Assembly (NCBI GenBank): GCA_963575745.1
Contig: CAUYUJ010000094.1
Location: forward strand, 1 to 64,000
Length of the DNA stretch: 64,000 bases
DNA from: Prorocentrum cordatum
Lineage: Eukaryota
Reading direction: 5' to 3'
Shown in pieces: positions 40,073 to 52,695 of the stretch (positions are counted from its first letter, which is position 1; every line of letters starts with the position of its first letter). A program made the translations under genes and the position numbers. The notes beneath the pieces were generated by a model. That model searched no databases. It saw nothing but the letters and a program-made list of their open reading frames with translations, and was not told the DNA's origin.

Positions 40073-41639
40073 CTCTGAGAAGGAGAAGGAGGAGGAGGAA
40101 GAGGAGGAGGAGGAGGAGGAGGAGGAGGAGAGGAGGGGGAGAGAGGAGGAGGAGGAGAAGGAGGAGGAGGAGGAGGAGAAGGAGGAGGAGATGTCGAGGA
40201 GGAGGAGGAGTAGGAGGAGGACGGGGAGGAGGATGAGGAGGAGGAGGAAAGGGGGAGGCGGCGGCGGAGGCGGCGACGGGCGCGCCTCAGCCCAAGACGG
40301 CCGCTCGACGCGGCGGCCCTGCAGGGCCGCCGCGTCGAGCGGCAGCCTGGCGCGGCTGAGCGCGGCGCAGGCGAAGTTCGCCTGCGCCGCGCTCTGCGCC
40401 GCCATCTCCAGCGGCATTGCCGCTGGCGCGGGCGGCGGGGGGGGCCCCGCGCGCCGCTCGGCAGCCAGAGCGGCCCACCGCACGTTGCCGTCGTCCACAA
40501 CCCAGAGGGTTGGGGGACGACGACGTGCGACGGGCCGATGGCTGCCGAGCCCGTCCCACCCCTCGGGGATGTCGAGGAGGATCCCCGACATCCCCGAGGG
40601 GTCCTCCGAGAGGAGACTGCCCCATGGCTCGGGGTCGCCATCGAAAAACATGTCTTGATCTGTTTTTTCGATGGCGATCCCGAGCCGCGAAGCAAAGGGA
40701 AAAGGGCGGGCGCGCCCCCGCGCGGCCAGTAAGCCGCACGCGCGCGGGCGGCGTCTCCTCCTCCTCCCTCCTTCTATCCTCCTCCTCCTCCTCCTCCTCC
40801 TCCTCCTCCTCGCCTCCTCCTCTCGCCCTCCTCCTCTCGTCATCATCCTACTCCTCCATCGTCCTCCTCCTCCTCATCCTCCTCGTCCTCCTAACCCTCC
40901 GCTCCTCCCTCGTCCTCCTCCTCTCGCCCGCCTTCCCTTCGTAATCTCATATACTCCCCTAGTCCTCCGTCCTCCTCTATCCTCCTCCCGTCCCTTAACC
41001 CTCCGCGCCTCCCTTTCGCCAGCGTCCTCCTCCTCCCCTCATCCCCCTTTCCTCAATCCTCCTCCTCCTCCTCCTCCGCTCCTCCTTTCCTCCTCCTCCT
41101 CCTAGCTCCCTCTCTCTCTCCTCCTCCTTCCTCCTCCTCCTATCCTCCTCTCATCCTCTCCTTCCCTCCCTCCTTCCTCCTCCTCCTCCTCCCTCTCTCT
41201 CCTCCCTCCTCCTCCTCCTTCTCCTCCCCTCCTCCTCTCCTCCCTCTCCTCCCCTCCTTTTTTTTTTTTTCTCCCCCCCCCCCCCCCTCCCTCCTCCCCA
41301 CCTCCTCTCGCTCTGCGCTATCTTCGTCGTTTTCTTCCTCCGCATGCTCCTCCCCTCCTTTTATCCCCCTCCTTCCCCTCCTCTCTTTCCCCCCCCCCCC
41401 CCCCCCCCCCCCCCTCCCCCTCCTCCACCCTCCTCCCCTCGCCAGAGGAGGAGGGGGAGAGGAGAAGGAGGAGGGGGGGCAAGATGAGGAGGAGGAGCAG
41501 CAGCAGGAGCAGGAGGAGGAGGGGGAGAAGGGGGAGGATGAGGGGAAGGAGGAGTTTGAACGACCGCACCACTGATCAACGACATTAGCGCTGCAGCGCA
41601 AGAGGAGGCGGAGGAACGAGGCGGAGAAGAGGAATCGGC

Positions 41640-41838
41640 GACCATGCACTGTTCAGGTGCTGCAGCACCGAAGCGTCAATGAAAAAGGTGCGCTACAGCG
41701 CCATGCAGAAGGAATCCACGTTTTCAAGGCGGAGAAGAGGAGTCGTCGACCATGCAACGTTCAGGTGCTGCAGCACCGAAGCATTTAGCAATGTAAAAAA
41801 GTGCGCTGCAGCGCCAGTAAGGAATCCACGTTTTAAGC
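41640..41838. repeat. ~108-bp tandem duplication, each unit with two GCTGCAGC-type palindromes
   Basis: GACCATGCA..GTTCAGGTGCTGCAGCACCGAAGC...GTGCGCT(A/G)CAGCGCCA...AAGGAATCCACGTTTT occurs twice, immediately downstream of the transposase stop. Confidence 0.8.
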
Positions 41839-43718
41839 TAAAGCGCACCACCGCGGCTGCGACCATATCGGGCGCGCCGCTCGGACGCCGCCGCCCTCGC
41901 GCGGCGCCCACGCGAGCGAGCACACGATGCTCGCCGTGTGCGCCCAAAAGGCGTCGGCATCGCCGCCAAGCACGTGCGCGGAGGCGCGCGGGTGCAGCTT
42001 CTCCTTGAAGAAGTAGGGCAGGACCAAGCTCAAGCCATAGTAGTGGCCGTTCTTGGTGAAGGAGAGGTGTTTCAACACCTCGGCCGCAATGTGTTCCCCT
42101 CCTCCGTCCTCCAACAGCACGACGTCGCCGTATTTGACGTCGTGGTAGCGGCACCGCGCTGCAGCGGACGTAACAAAGTCCGCAGGCCCGAACTGCTGCA
42201 GCAGTTCGCGCGAGATGGCCTTGGACGGCCTGGTGGCGTTAACCAGGCAGTTAACCTTAAAGGCGCCGCCATCCATGAGCTGCCACAGGTGCCGCTCGGT
42301 GACGCTCTTCAGGACAGTGGCGCCCCAGCCGCTGGAGGCTGCAGCCCCCGCCTGAAGAGCGTTCGCAAAGCGCTTGCTGGTCTTGTGCTTGCGCTCCAAA
42401 ACCCAGCGCGACGGCAGCGCCACATGGCCCCAACGCCTCACGTAGTTGGCGAAGTGGTGCAGGTAATGGAACGTCTGCGCCATCGTTTCCTTGCCAAAGA
42501 CGCTGCTGTATGACAACAAAAACCTGTTAACCGCAGCCTGCAGCTTATCCGCGTCTGCCTGACGCCTGGATACTCGTAGGATTTCTTCCACAACGATCGT
42601 GCGCGCCTCGAACACTGCGCAACCCGATCGGACTGCAGGCGCTGCAGCGTCGCTAGCCACCTCCCTGAAGAAACACGTCAATCCGCCCGCGCGAACGCAT
42701 GTCCGAACAAGAGGGGTGCAATACATATCCTACAGACATTCACGTGCGCTGCAGCGCATGTATTATTGGTCTGGCGGGGGCGCGAAGCATGCAATGATAC
42801 TTGCATGGTTGTGAGCCCCTCGCTGGCGGTACACTTGAAATGCTTGCTGTCAACGTGGGACCTCACGCGCTTCCCGCCGAAGATCGCGCACGTGTCGGGG
42901 GAGATGGAGTGGCGCCCTGGAAACGACCAGTCCTGGAAATATGCGTCTGCGCGCGCCCAGTAACCCTTCAACCTTCGAAACATTTGGAACACCAGAATGT
43001 TATATGTACCGTTGACGAAAATACAATGCATCCAATCAAACATGACTGTCTCGAGCGGCTTGAGTTTCCGAACCCGCTCAGGCAAATGGGGGTCCCAGTT
43101 CCAGCCAAGTCGGCGCTCCAACTCCTGGAACTCGCCCTTGTTCATGATGTTGACCCCTTCGATCAATCTGTTGCAGATGGCATCGAGCAACGGCGCCGTC
43201 ATCGGCTGCAGCCGCGACGCATCTGGTTCCGAGTGGTGAACAGCGACACCCGTCGCATCAGAAGCAACTATATCCCGAACTTCGCCCTTCAAGAACACGT
43301 TGCGGCACATAAAACATGGTTTGATTCCTGACGAACCTTTCATTCCGATCAAGCGGTGTATTGCATCCTCGTCCGCGATCCGACAGAGCCGCTGCAGCGA
43401 CGCAAGAAGGCGTAATGGATATATACATGTGCACATGTATGCTAACTAATCTTGGGTGCTATGCGGCGACCGCTGCAGCGGCTGCATGTAAATTCCGAGG
43501 TCCATCTGGATGAGCTCCGTCGCGCCGTCGGGGCGCAGCCGCAAGCTGATGCCTGCGCTGAAGTTGTGCCCCTGATCAGGCCAGAACTGCGCGAGGATTG
43601 CGCCCAGTAGCATCGGCAGTCCGCGCGGCTGGATGTCGTTCGCGGTCTTGGCCCGCATCGTCGCGAGCTGGAACCACGCATCCTGCGAGCAAATCGCAGC
43701 ACAACTGGCGCTGCAGCG

Positions 43719-43773
<55 letters not shown>

Positions 43774-44283
43774 CCCCCTCCCCCCCCCCGCATATATCGT
43801 TGCTGCAGCAACGCTATCGCGAAAGTCCTCCGACGAAAGCGCCTGCGGGCCGAATTCCGCGATCGTCCAGTAGATGCCCCAGGACTTGCGGTTCTGCGCG
43901 TGCGCCAGCGCGTTGCCAGCGCCTATTTCATCGCCGTAAATGATGATGTGCCACGGGCGTGGCAGCTCCAGCGCCCGCTGCCACAGAGGCTGCGTCGCGG
44001 GGAGGGCGCTGCAATGCCACAGCATTGCTGCTGGACTGCAGATCTCCACCGCGTGCTGTCCGACTATCATGTTCTGGTGGAGCTTGCCGCACGGCGTGTT
44101 CTCACCGACCATGAGCTCCCGAGCGTCTCTGATATCCTGGCGTCGGGATCCCAATTCGGGGATTCCGTCTCGCTTAACGGACGCCAGGAATTGCGCCATC
44201 GCATTACAATGCATGAATGGCAGTTCCGCGCGAAGGCGGGACAGCCGCCGCAGCTTCGCTGGGCGGTCGTCCTCTGCCGCCAT
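41833..44283 (-). CDS. CMC/CACTA(EnSpm/Plavaka)-like DDE transposase, about 4 exons
   Basis: Motifs in order across joined ORFs: WHIIIYGDEI (D1), IADEDAI (D2), KPCFMC (CxxC), FDWMH, FHYLHHF, WVLERKHK (E). This matches the CMC signature D-D-C(2)C-[M/L]H-H(3-4)H-E. Intron 1 (43683-43827) is a clean in-frame GA..AG intron (SSE|DAWF). Introns near 43390-43490 and 42680-42800 have uncertain junctions. Confidence 0.75.
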
Positions 44284-44964
44284 CGCGCGCGTTCCCGAGG
44301 CAAGCTTGCCTCCGTCGCTGCGCGCGCGCGGAGGGGCCCCTCCGCTAGGGGCCACGGCGACTACGGATGGAAATGAGGCTGCACCGCGTGGAGAGCAACC
44401 AAATGCGCGCTGCAGCGCTAACTGCCAAGCAACAGTCTGGGAGCACATGGCGCTACAGCGCCGCTAACGTTCAATGATGACAATCTGACGCGCTGCAGCG
44501 CGAACGTCCTCCTCCTCCTCCATCCTGCTCGCCATCCCCCTCGTCCTCCTCCTCTTCCTCCCCCTCCTATACCTCCTCCTCCTCCTCCTCCTCCTCCCCC
44601 TCCTCCTCCTCCGCCTCATGCGCCCCCTCATCCTCCCCATCCTCCTCCTCAACCTACCCATCCTCCTCATCATCCGTCTCCCGTCCCTTCATCCTCCCCG
44701 TCACCATCACCTTCATCGTCAACAGCATCAATATCACTCGCCCTCATCATCCGCCACATCACCATCCAACGAGAAACTGCAAGCGAAACTGCGCTGCAGC
44801 GCAACACATTAACACAGCATGATCCGCGCGCAAACTTTCAACCGTGGTCCACGGAGAAGCGCTGCAGCGCAACTCAAACAACACGCTCAACCACGCCCCC
44901 TCCAGCCTTTACCAACCAATCGAACCAGCATGCTTCAGCAGGCGGTCGCCGAGGCCGACCTCAC

Positions 44965-45395
44965 TCAGGTCACCTTCATCTTCTTGGCGTTCCGCAGCGA
45001 GGTCAACGCCTCGTTGAGTTTCTGGTTGGCCACGTCCGAAGCGGCGATGTCCATCTGACCCCGACCCTGCTACTCATACTCCTCATCCTCCCACATCATC
45101 GCCTTCCACCTCCTCCTGATCATCCCCCCTGTCGTCCTTCTCCCCCGCTGCAGCGGGGGAGTAGCCTGCCACACTCATGAACCCCACCGTCCTCCTTCTC
45201 ATCCGCCTCCTCATCCACCTGCAGCTCCGCGGTGCGGATCTGCACCTGCTTCTCCGCTTGCCTGGCGTTCTTCCGCGCCTCCTTCACCTCTGCTGTAGCA
45301 GTCGCCGTCGCTCTCGCGCGGGCCTCGCGCAACTCGTCGCGACGGTCGGCGCGCGCTTGCGCTTCGAACGGCTTGTCGCAGCGGCGCGCCGCCAT
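44965..45395 (-). CDS. Small coiled-coil protein (88 aa, 2 exons)
   Basis: ATG at 45395; GT..AG intron 45055-45218 joins ...IRTAELQ|MDIAASDVANQKLNEALTSLRNAKKMKVT* in frame; Ala/Glu/Arg-rich heptad-like composition. Confidence 0.55.
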
Positions 45396-46136
45396 TGCGA
45401 GCCCAGTGAGGAGGCGGAGGAGGTCCGTTGCCAGCACCCGCTGCAGCGAACGATGGCGGCTGCGACGCGCGAGCCAAGTGAGGAGGAGGAGGAGGAGGAG
45501 GGAGGAGGGCATGCCATCGGCAACGCGCAACATGAGCGAATCACAGCGCTGCAGCGCGTGACTTGGCAACAACCATGCGGGAGACAACGCTCGACATCAC
45601 GAATGATGGCGCTGCAGCGCGTATCGACGAGAAACGACTGGCACTCAAGACGAGCACGTCACGCAATACATGGACACCGCGGCTGCAACTGCACACTCAC
45701 AAACGCGCCAACGCTACAACGGCACCACAAGTCTGACAGGCGCTGCAGCGCTGCATCGGAACACAACAGCACGCAATATCTACGCCACCATCCAGGAAAG
45801 CGAGCGCTGCAGCGCTGCATCGTGATCATGATGGCGATGCAAACGTTGAACACAAAGGCGCCAGCGCTGCAGCGCCCGCATCCAAGAGAACCCGTCAACA
45901 TATTTGACTTTCATCCTCCTCGTCGTCCGTGCGAGCCGCGCGACCGCCAGGCAAGACCATCGCCACTACCGTTCATATCATCGGCCAGCGTTCCATCCAA
46001 CCTCGCACTAATCCTCACCATCCTCCTCATTCCTTCTCCTCCACATGCTCATCCTCCTCATCATCCTCCCCATCCTCCTCCTCGCCCTCAGAATCCTCAT
46101 CCTCACCTCCATATGCCGACAGTGCCCGTTGCGCGC

Positions 46137-47992
46137 TCACGGCTTGCCGCGACGGCCAGTGAAGTTCGGGTCGCGGCACGTGCCGCAGCCATTCGGCAGG
46201 TAGCGGCATTTGCTGCACCCGAGTGCCATTTGGCCCCGTTTGGCTGCCTCCTTGCCCTTGGGCTTGGCCTTGGCCGTGGCTTTGGCCTTCCCTTTGCCCT
46301 TGGCCTTCGGTTTGGCCGTGCCCTTGGCCGCCGTCTTGCCCTTGCCAGCGCCTGTCTTGTTCTTGCCCTTGCTCGCGTTCTTGCCCTTGCCCTTCTTGCC
46401 CTTGCCCTTGCCCTTGCGAGGCAGCTCGCCTTTCGCGCTGCCCGCAGCCAAGGTCTCGATCGCCTGCAGCACAGCATCCTCGTCTCCGTCTGCTGCTGCA
46501 GCAGCATCTTCGTTTGGCGGCGTTGGCGCTGCTGCAGCAGCATCTGGCGCCGCCGCTGACAATGCTGGCCCAGCTGGCGAATCACCAATCGCGGGGGGAC
46601 TCGCGGGGGGGCTCGCCGTGGGCGCCGCAGGGCGGCGCGGGAAGAGCTGCAGCTGCAGCTCGTTGGGCGGCGATGGCGGTGGCGCAAACGCTGCCAGCAT
46701 TTGCTGCATCACGGCCATCGCGTCCATGGGTTGCATTGGCGCTGCAGGCGGCACGGAGGGTGACCCCGATGGTGTCCATGGCACAATGGCAGTGCTCGGC
46801 TGATGCGGTGGGGCGGCAGCCCGCAAGCCCTTGTTGGTCAGCCTGAGAGGCACGCGAGCCTTGATGGCGTTGAGACCCGCAGGCCGCTTCAGCGGCGCAC
46901 GCGTAGCATGAAACCTATCATGCTCTATGCGAGGTGGACCTAAAGGACCGAGCTCACCGAAGCACCCAAGACATCCAGAACAATCAGCGCTGCAGCGCAT
47001 GACGGGGTGGCAGCAGCCTCGTAGATGCGATGCCACGTTGGCGAGGTCGCGCGTCACATCGATCGGCGGGTCCGCATCGGTGTACGCCGCGTCGAAGATG
47101 TGCTGAGGGAGCTGCCGAGGATCTGCTGGGAAATTCCAAGTCACTGTCGCCGCTTGCCCCGTCGCGCCCCTGCGGCTCGCCAAGAACTGACCCTGTAAAG
47201 GGCGACTCGTCGGGAAACCCTAACGCTGACGCGCCGAATCGCATTGGCTGCAGTCAGTGCGATGCGATGCGTCTGCGTTAGGCGTTCCCGCCGAATCCCA
47301 AACCTTCATCTCCGTCACGATCCCGTAGAGCTGCCCGGGGTTTGCGTCTGGAAGATGGGCGCATGCCATCAACGCCGCCAACTATTCCAGCGTGTTCTCG
47401 CCCGGAACCGTCAAGCCGATGGCACCGCAACGTTTGATCAACGCGCGCGCCTTCGCGACGATGCTCTGGTTGGGGTCGCGAAATAAACCCCAGTCCTGCA
47501 CGGTAAAGTCCACCAGCCGACGAATCGACGCAGGCATGCTGCAGCAGGATAACATAAGTACATTTGGAACATGAACATGGTAACATACATAAATTACAGA
47601 ACAAACAATTAAACCATACATGTGAATAACACTTCGGCGGTCCGATGTGCAAAGCACGATGGATAGCACCGCCCTGACGCGAGCGTCTGCGCGCGCATCT
47701 GGAGCGCGGGCGTCGCCGTGCCCACGCGCGCGGCCAGCGCGGCGCTGAGGCGCGCCTTGCGGCTGTCCGCTAAGCCCGACGCGGTGATTCGATTATGCAG
47801 GGTAGCTGCTTGGGCAGCCCCGATCGCCCCCAAGTTGTGAAGCTGCAGCTGCACGCTCCTGGACAAGGCGGACTGGCTCTGCGCCATCGCGTCGGCGGCG
47901 ATGACGCCGATCTGCGATGCGAAGAAAGCGCCGCAGCTGTCCATGTTATCCAGGATGTGGTTGATGGGTGTGGCCGCAGCCGCGGCAGACAT
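46137..47992 (-). CDS. Multi-exon protein with Lys-rich histone-H1-like tract and C-terminal GCSKCRxxxxGCxxC zinc-binding motif; in-frame TAG at 47382-47384
   Basis: ORFs 47609-47992, 47382-47530 and 46137-47183 are co-oriented and read as protein (DFTVQDWGLFRDP; NFPADPRQLPQHIFDAAY; VPLRLTNK; KGKGK/AKAK tract; LGCSKCRYLPNGCGTCR). Exon joins are approximate. Confidence 0.65.
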
Positions 47993-48820
47993 GATGCCCT
48001 CCGCGAGGGCGAGGGGGTGCGCGGACGCTCCGAGGGGAAGCGCGAGGGAGGGCCTCCCACACTGCGAGAGCTGAAGCACTCGGCTGCTGAGGTGGAAGAG
48101 AGGCCACAACAGTACAGATGCGCTGCAGCGCAACGATCGCATGCAATTAAGGAACACACGTGAGCGCTGCAGCGCTCAGCAGAAATCATCGTCACAAAGT
48201 AACATGAAGCGCTGCAGCGCTATGCATGCGCACCATGATGGAACGCATGGTAGTGGGCAATAGGGAGAGAGATATAGAGTGATGGAAAGGAGAGGAGGGA
48301 GATAATGAGGGACACGGGGGGGAGGGGGGGGGGGCGGGGGGAGATGCGAGGAGACGCGGGAGGGAAGGACACGAGCGCGGGCGGGCGGGCGGGCAGGACA
48401 CGGGGGGGGATGCATGATCATTTGAGGAACACGGAAGGGACGGTGCGAAAGACACGGAGGGGTGGGAGGGACATGGGAGAAACACGGGGGGGGGGGGGGC
48501 ACGGAAGAGACACGGGAGGGACACGGGAGTTCGGGGGCGAGCGGGCGGACGGACGCGGGAGCGGCGCGGAGGGACACGGGCGGGAGCGCACGGAAGGCAT
48601 GTGGAGACACGGAAGGGGCACGGGAGAGACGCGGGAGAGACACGGGAGACGGATAGGTATACACGGGAGCTCGGGAGCGGGCGGGCGGGCAGACACAGGA
48701 GGGACACGGAAGGTGTCCGAGGAGGGCGCGGGACGGATTCAGGAGATGCGCGAAGTGTGATCAGGAGCAAATGCCGAAGCGATCTGGGAGCCTCGAAGGC
48801 AGCTGGGACATCGACAGAGG

Positions 48821-48970
48821 CGTGTCTGTTCAATAGAGGGGGCTATTGAACAGACACGGGCGTGGCTGTTCAATAGAAGGGGGCTATTGAACATGGCATG
48901 TTCAATAGATGGGGCTATTGAACAGACGCGGGCGCGGCTGTTCAATAGAGGGGGCTATTGAACAGACGCG
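48821..48970. repeat. Four tandem hairpins TGTTCAATAG-N6/7-CTATTGAACA
   Basis: Directly visible; the first has a 16-bp stem (48821-48858). Intergenic within the element. Confidence 0.9.
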
Positions 48971-50187
48971 CCGCTGTCAGACAGCACCACCTCTGCAGAG
49001 GGGCACCGACGCTCTCAGATCGCTTCACCCGAAGCTCCCGTTCGACCTCAGATCAGCCATCCTGATGCCAACACCCAGCACTCCAGCCCACCCCAACGCC
49101 CACCCACGCAGTCCCAGAACACTGTCCACACTGCTGATTTCGATGTGGGAGTGAAGCTAAGAGAGGCGCGAAGTACATCACGCGGCGCTGCTGCAGCAAC
49201 GTCGCGACGAGGTTGACGACGCCGAAACCGCTGTCAACTGCAAAGGTCTACGCTCACGGCTCTGCTGCAGCAGCGTCGCGATGGCTCGAGACTGCCGAGG
49301 ACAAGGCTGATGGGAGCTGGTGAGGCTGCCAGGAGGCCATGGGGGGAGCTACTCGGCGGCGCAACGAACTGCGCTGAAGGGGAGCAGGGAGAGTGGCGAA
49401 GGGCGATGCGATGCGAGACGGCTTGCCATCTGAAGTGCCCCAGGACCCCCCCCCCAAGTGCCCCCAAACTTTCCTGGCCAATCCAAGGCCGACCCCTGGC
49501 ACATCATTCCATGCGAAAAAATGTCGGCGGATCAGGATGTGAACGTCGACGATGGCAGATATATGTGATGAGGATATCGGAGCGCCTTTCTGGGCGACAG
49601 CGCGGGCGCACCACGCGATCTGGCGCACGAAATATAACTTGGCCTAAACACATGCATGCGTCGGCGTCAGCTATGCTCGCGAACTGATCCAATCCACCCC
49701 CCCATTGCTCCCATTGATCTTACATGTTGGGTTGCTACAGCATGTATCCTATCACTATGCGTTCGTTGTCCCCCTCGCTCACGGGAGAGTGGATACCCGC
49801 TGCAGCGGGCATCCTGTCTACCGTCTCTCTCCAATGTGTCTTCACTCCACCCCCACGCTGCGTCTCCATCGTCCCCCTCGCATTCCCTATGTATATCACG
49901 TCTCCCCCCTGTCTACCTCTACTATAGTCCCCCCTCTCCCCCTGTCTACCTCCACTGCGTTACCGTCCCATTCCGTCGCCCACCAGCAGTGGAATGCTCC
50001 GCGGCCGCGCCGCAGCTCTCATGTGGCGCCCGCAGGCGCTGCAGCGCCAGGAGGGCGCAGCGCCGAGGGCGAGCCCTCGCGAGGGCGAGGGCGAGGGCGC
50101 CTGCCGAGGGCGAGCCCTCGCGTCGCCGAGACGGCGTGGCGCCGCGCCTCCTCGGCGGCCGCCTCCGCGGCCTCCTCCGCGGCCTCC

Positions 50188-50745
50188 TCATGAGGCGCCC
50201 CTCGGCGGCCTCCTCAGCGCCTCCCCGGGCGCCTGCGCCTCCTCGGCGGCCTCCTCGGCGCCAGCGCCGACCCAGACCTGTGCAGGCCCAGCGTAGAACT
50301 CCTCCGCGAGGGCGGCCGCGTCGGCGCACTCGCCCTGCAGCAGCAGCTCGCAGAGCTGCTGCGCCCGATTGAACCAGCCGCCACGCCGCTGCTGCTGGCC
50401 CCCGTCGCGGACAAGCTTGCCCTTGCCGCCCTTGCTCTTGTCCTTGCCCTTGCCCTTGCAAGGTGGGCCGCCGCCGCCCTTGTCCTTGCCCTTGCCCTTG
50501 CCGCAAGGTGGGCCGCCGACGTTGTCCTTGTCCTTGTCCTTGTCCTTGCCCTTGCCCTTGCAAGGTGGGCCGTCGCTGCCGCCCTTGCCGTGCGGGGCGG
50601 CGCGCGACGTCGGCCGCGCCTTGGCGGCAGCGAGCTCGACAGCGGGGTCCCGCGGCTCGAACCCTGGCGGCGGCACCGCAGGCGGCGTCGGCCGCAGGAC
50701 GGCGAACTCCTCGGCGCCCTCGTCGTAGTCGAGATGCGACGCCAT
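50188..50745 (-). CDS. Small basic protein with GPPCKGKGK repeats and a GGW helical micro-domain
   Basis: MASHLDYDEG... three GPPC(G)KGKGK repeats, then RGGWFNRAQQLCELLLQGECADAAALAEEF. Co-oriented with the other element genes. Confidence 0.6.
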   Translation of the reverse strand: MASHLDYDEGAEEFAVLRPTPPAVPPPGFEPRDPAVELAAAKARPTSRAAPHGKGGSDGPPCKGKGKDKDKDKDNVGGPPCGKGKGKDKGGGGPPCKGKGKDKSKGGKGKLVRDGGQQQRRGGWFNRAQQLCELLLQGECADAAALAEEFYAGPAQVWVGAGAEEAAEEAQAPGEALRRPPRGAS

Positions 50746-51831
50746 CGCTGCGCGATGCAGCGAGCGAAGCTGCAGCCCGCCAAGCTGCATGATGGGCTTG
50801 GTTTCCACCACCAGTACCATAAGTTGGAGGGAGAGGTCCTCCTCCTCCTCTTCTTTCTCCTCCTCCTCCTTCTCCAACATGTGGTAGTGGTGGTGGAAAC
50901 CAGTCCCATCACTGCAGCTGAAGCTGCACTCGGGCGCGCGGGCGCGCGACGCTGCAGCGCGCGAAGCTGCAGCTGCAGCTGCGCGGAACAAAAACAGCGG
51001 CGGTGCCAACGACGAATACGATGGCGACGACGCTGACGACGATGGACCCCTGCTAACCAGTCGACTGACCCCCCAAAGTAACATCACCCCGCAAAGTAAC
51101 ATCACCCCCAACTGAACCTCCGAAGGCCAACGACTGGATTGACCTCCCCAGGGCTGCCCCCTCAGGATAGGAGGAGGAGGAGGGGAGGAGGAGAGGGGGA
51201 GGAGGAGGATTGGAGGGAGAGGAGGAGGGGGGGGAGGAGGGGGGGCAGGAGAAGGAGGAGGAGGAGGAGGAGGACACGGATGAGGAGGAGAAGAAGGAGA
51301 GGGAGGAGGAGGAGAAGGAGGAGGAGAAGGAGGAGTAGGAGAATGAGAGGGAGGATGAGGAGGAGGAGGAGGAGGAGGAGGAGGAGGAGGAGGAGAGGGA
51401 GTATGCGGAGGCAGGAATAGGCAGAAGGAGCGGGGGGGCGGGGCATGGGTGCCAACTGGTTGTCTTCCTCCTCCTCCTCCTCGTCATACTCCTCGTCCTC
51501 GGCCTCCTTCTCCTCCTCCTCCTCCTCCTCATCATCATCATCATCATCCTGCCCCCCCTTCCCCTGCTCCGAGGTGCTGGCAGCGAGCGGTGGGAACCTG
51601 TGAAAATGAGGGCGTTCCAGAACGTCGTCCTCAATGTCGTCGTCCTCCTGATCACCCTCCTCCTCCTCATCATCATCCTCCCTCCACCTTCTTCTCCTGC
51701 ATGCACTGCTCTGAATTACGTCGTCTTTAACGCCGTCGTCGTTGTCTCTGTCGCCGTCGCCGCCGTCGCGATGCTGTATCCGACTGAAACAGTGGTGCTG
51801 CAGCACTGACCGCGCGCGCGCCGCGCGCCCG

Positions 51832-52185
51832 TCACTTCCGCGGCTTCTTCGCGACGTGGTATTGGACTGCCAGCGCAACCGCTGTCTCGCGGCCCCCGCG
51901 CTGAAGCGCTTCCCGAATCATGTCGCACACAAGCTTCCACGTGCCAACCTTGGTCTCAGCATCGCGCTTGCGCGCGGCTGCAGCCGCGCGCGGGGCTGGC
52001 ACATCACTGGCGGCTGCAGCCGCGGTCCTCGTCGACGTCGAAGGGGGTGGTGGCGGCGGCGGCGGCGGAGGAGGGGGAGTAGCCGCATGTGTCGCATCCG
52101 ATGCAGCGGACTTCGCCTTCGGCGGCGGCACTGGCTCCGAGGGAAGCCGCCATGGCGGCGTCGCTGCACTCATGTTGGCAGCCAT
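51832..52185 (-). CDS. Small Pro-rich protein with GxW helical micro-domain and C-terminal NLS-like KKPRK
   Basis: C-terminus VGTWKLVCDMIREALQRGGRETAVALAVQYHVAKKPRK aligns without gaps to the micro-domain of 50188-50745. Confidence 0.5.
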   Translation of the reverse strand: MAANMSAATPPWRLPSEPVPPPKAKSAASDATHAATPPPPPPPPPPPPSTSTRTAAAAASDVPAPRAAAAARKRDAETKVGTWKLVCDMIREALQRGGRETAVALAVQYHVAKKPRK

Positions 52186-52695
52186 TGATGTTCTGATCAC
52201 AGGTGGCTGCGAACCACATACAATAACCTAAAGCGAACATGCGGGCTGCAAGCGCGACCGAAGCGCTACATCAACACGCCAGACGCACACAATGTAAGTC
52301 AGCGCTGCAGCGCGACGCAAAACTCTGATATCGGCACGCCAGACACCCGAACGTAAGTCAGCGCTGCAGCACGATGGACTCCAAACACACGAAACGCAAG
52401 TCAGCGCTGCAGCGCCGTGAGGTCACACATCGACGGCGGCAACGCGTGAGAGGCACACTTGATCGTAGTGTCGTCGTGCTGCAGCACGCTTGATCATACC
52501 AACGATTCGCAATGACACCAACAGTAGCGAACATTGGGGGGATCCACCAACAATCCGCAATTATTATCCCAATCCTCCTCTTCCTTCTCCTCCTCGCCCT
52601 CGTCCTCGTGCTCGTCCTCCTCGCTGCCATTCTCAATCGCACTGCCGACCGTGATCGCACGCCCCAGCGATGCGGTCGACCGAGCGCGCCGCAGC

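Noticed and set aside
40037..40846. Additional element gene (MFFDGDPEPW...)
   Set aside because: A short unique stretch between microsatellites with no recognisable motif; possible but unsupported.
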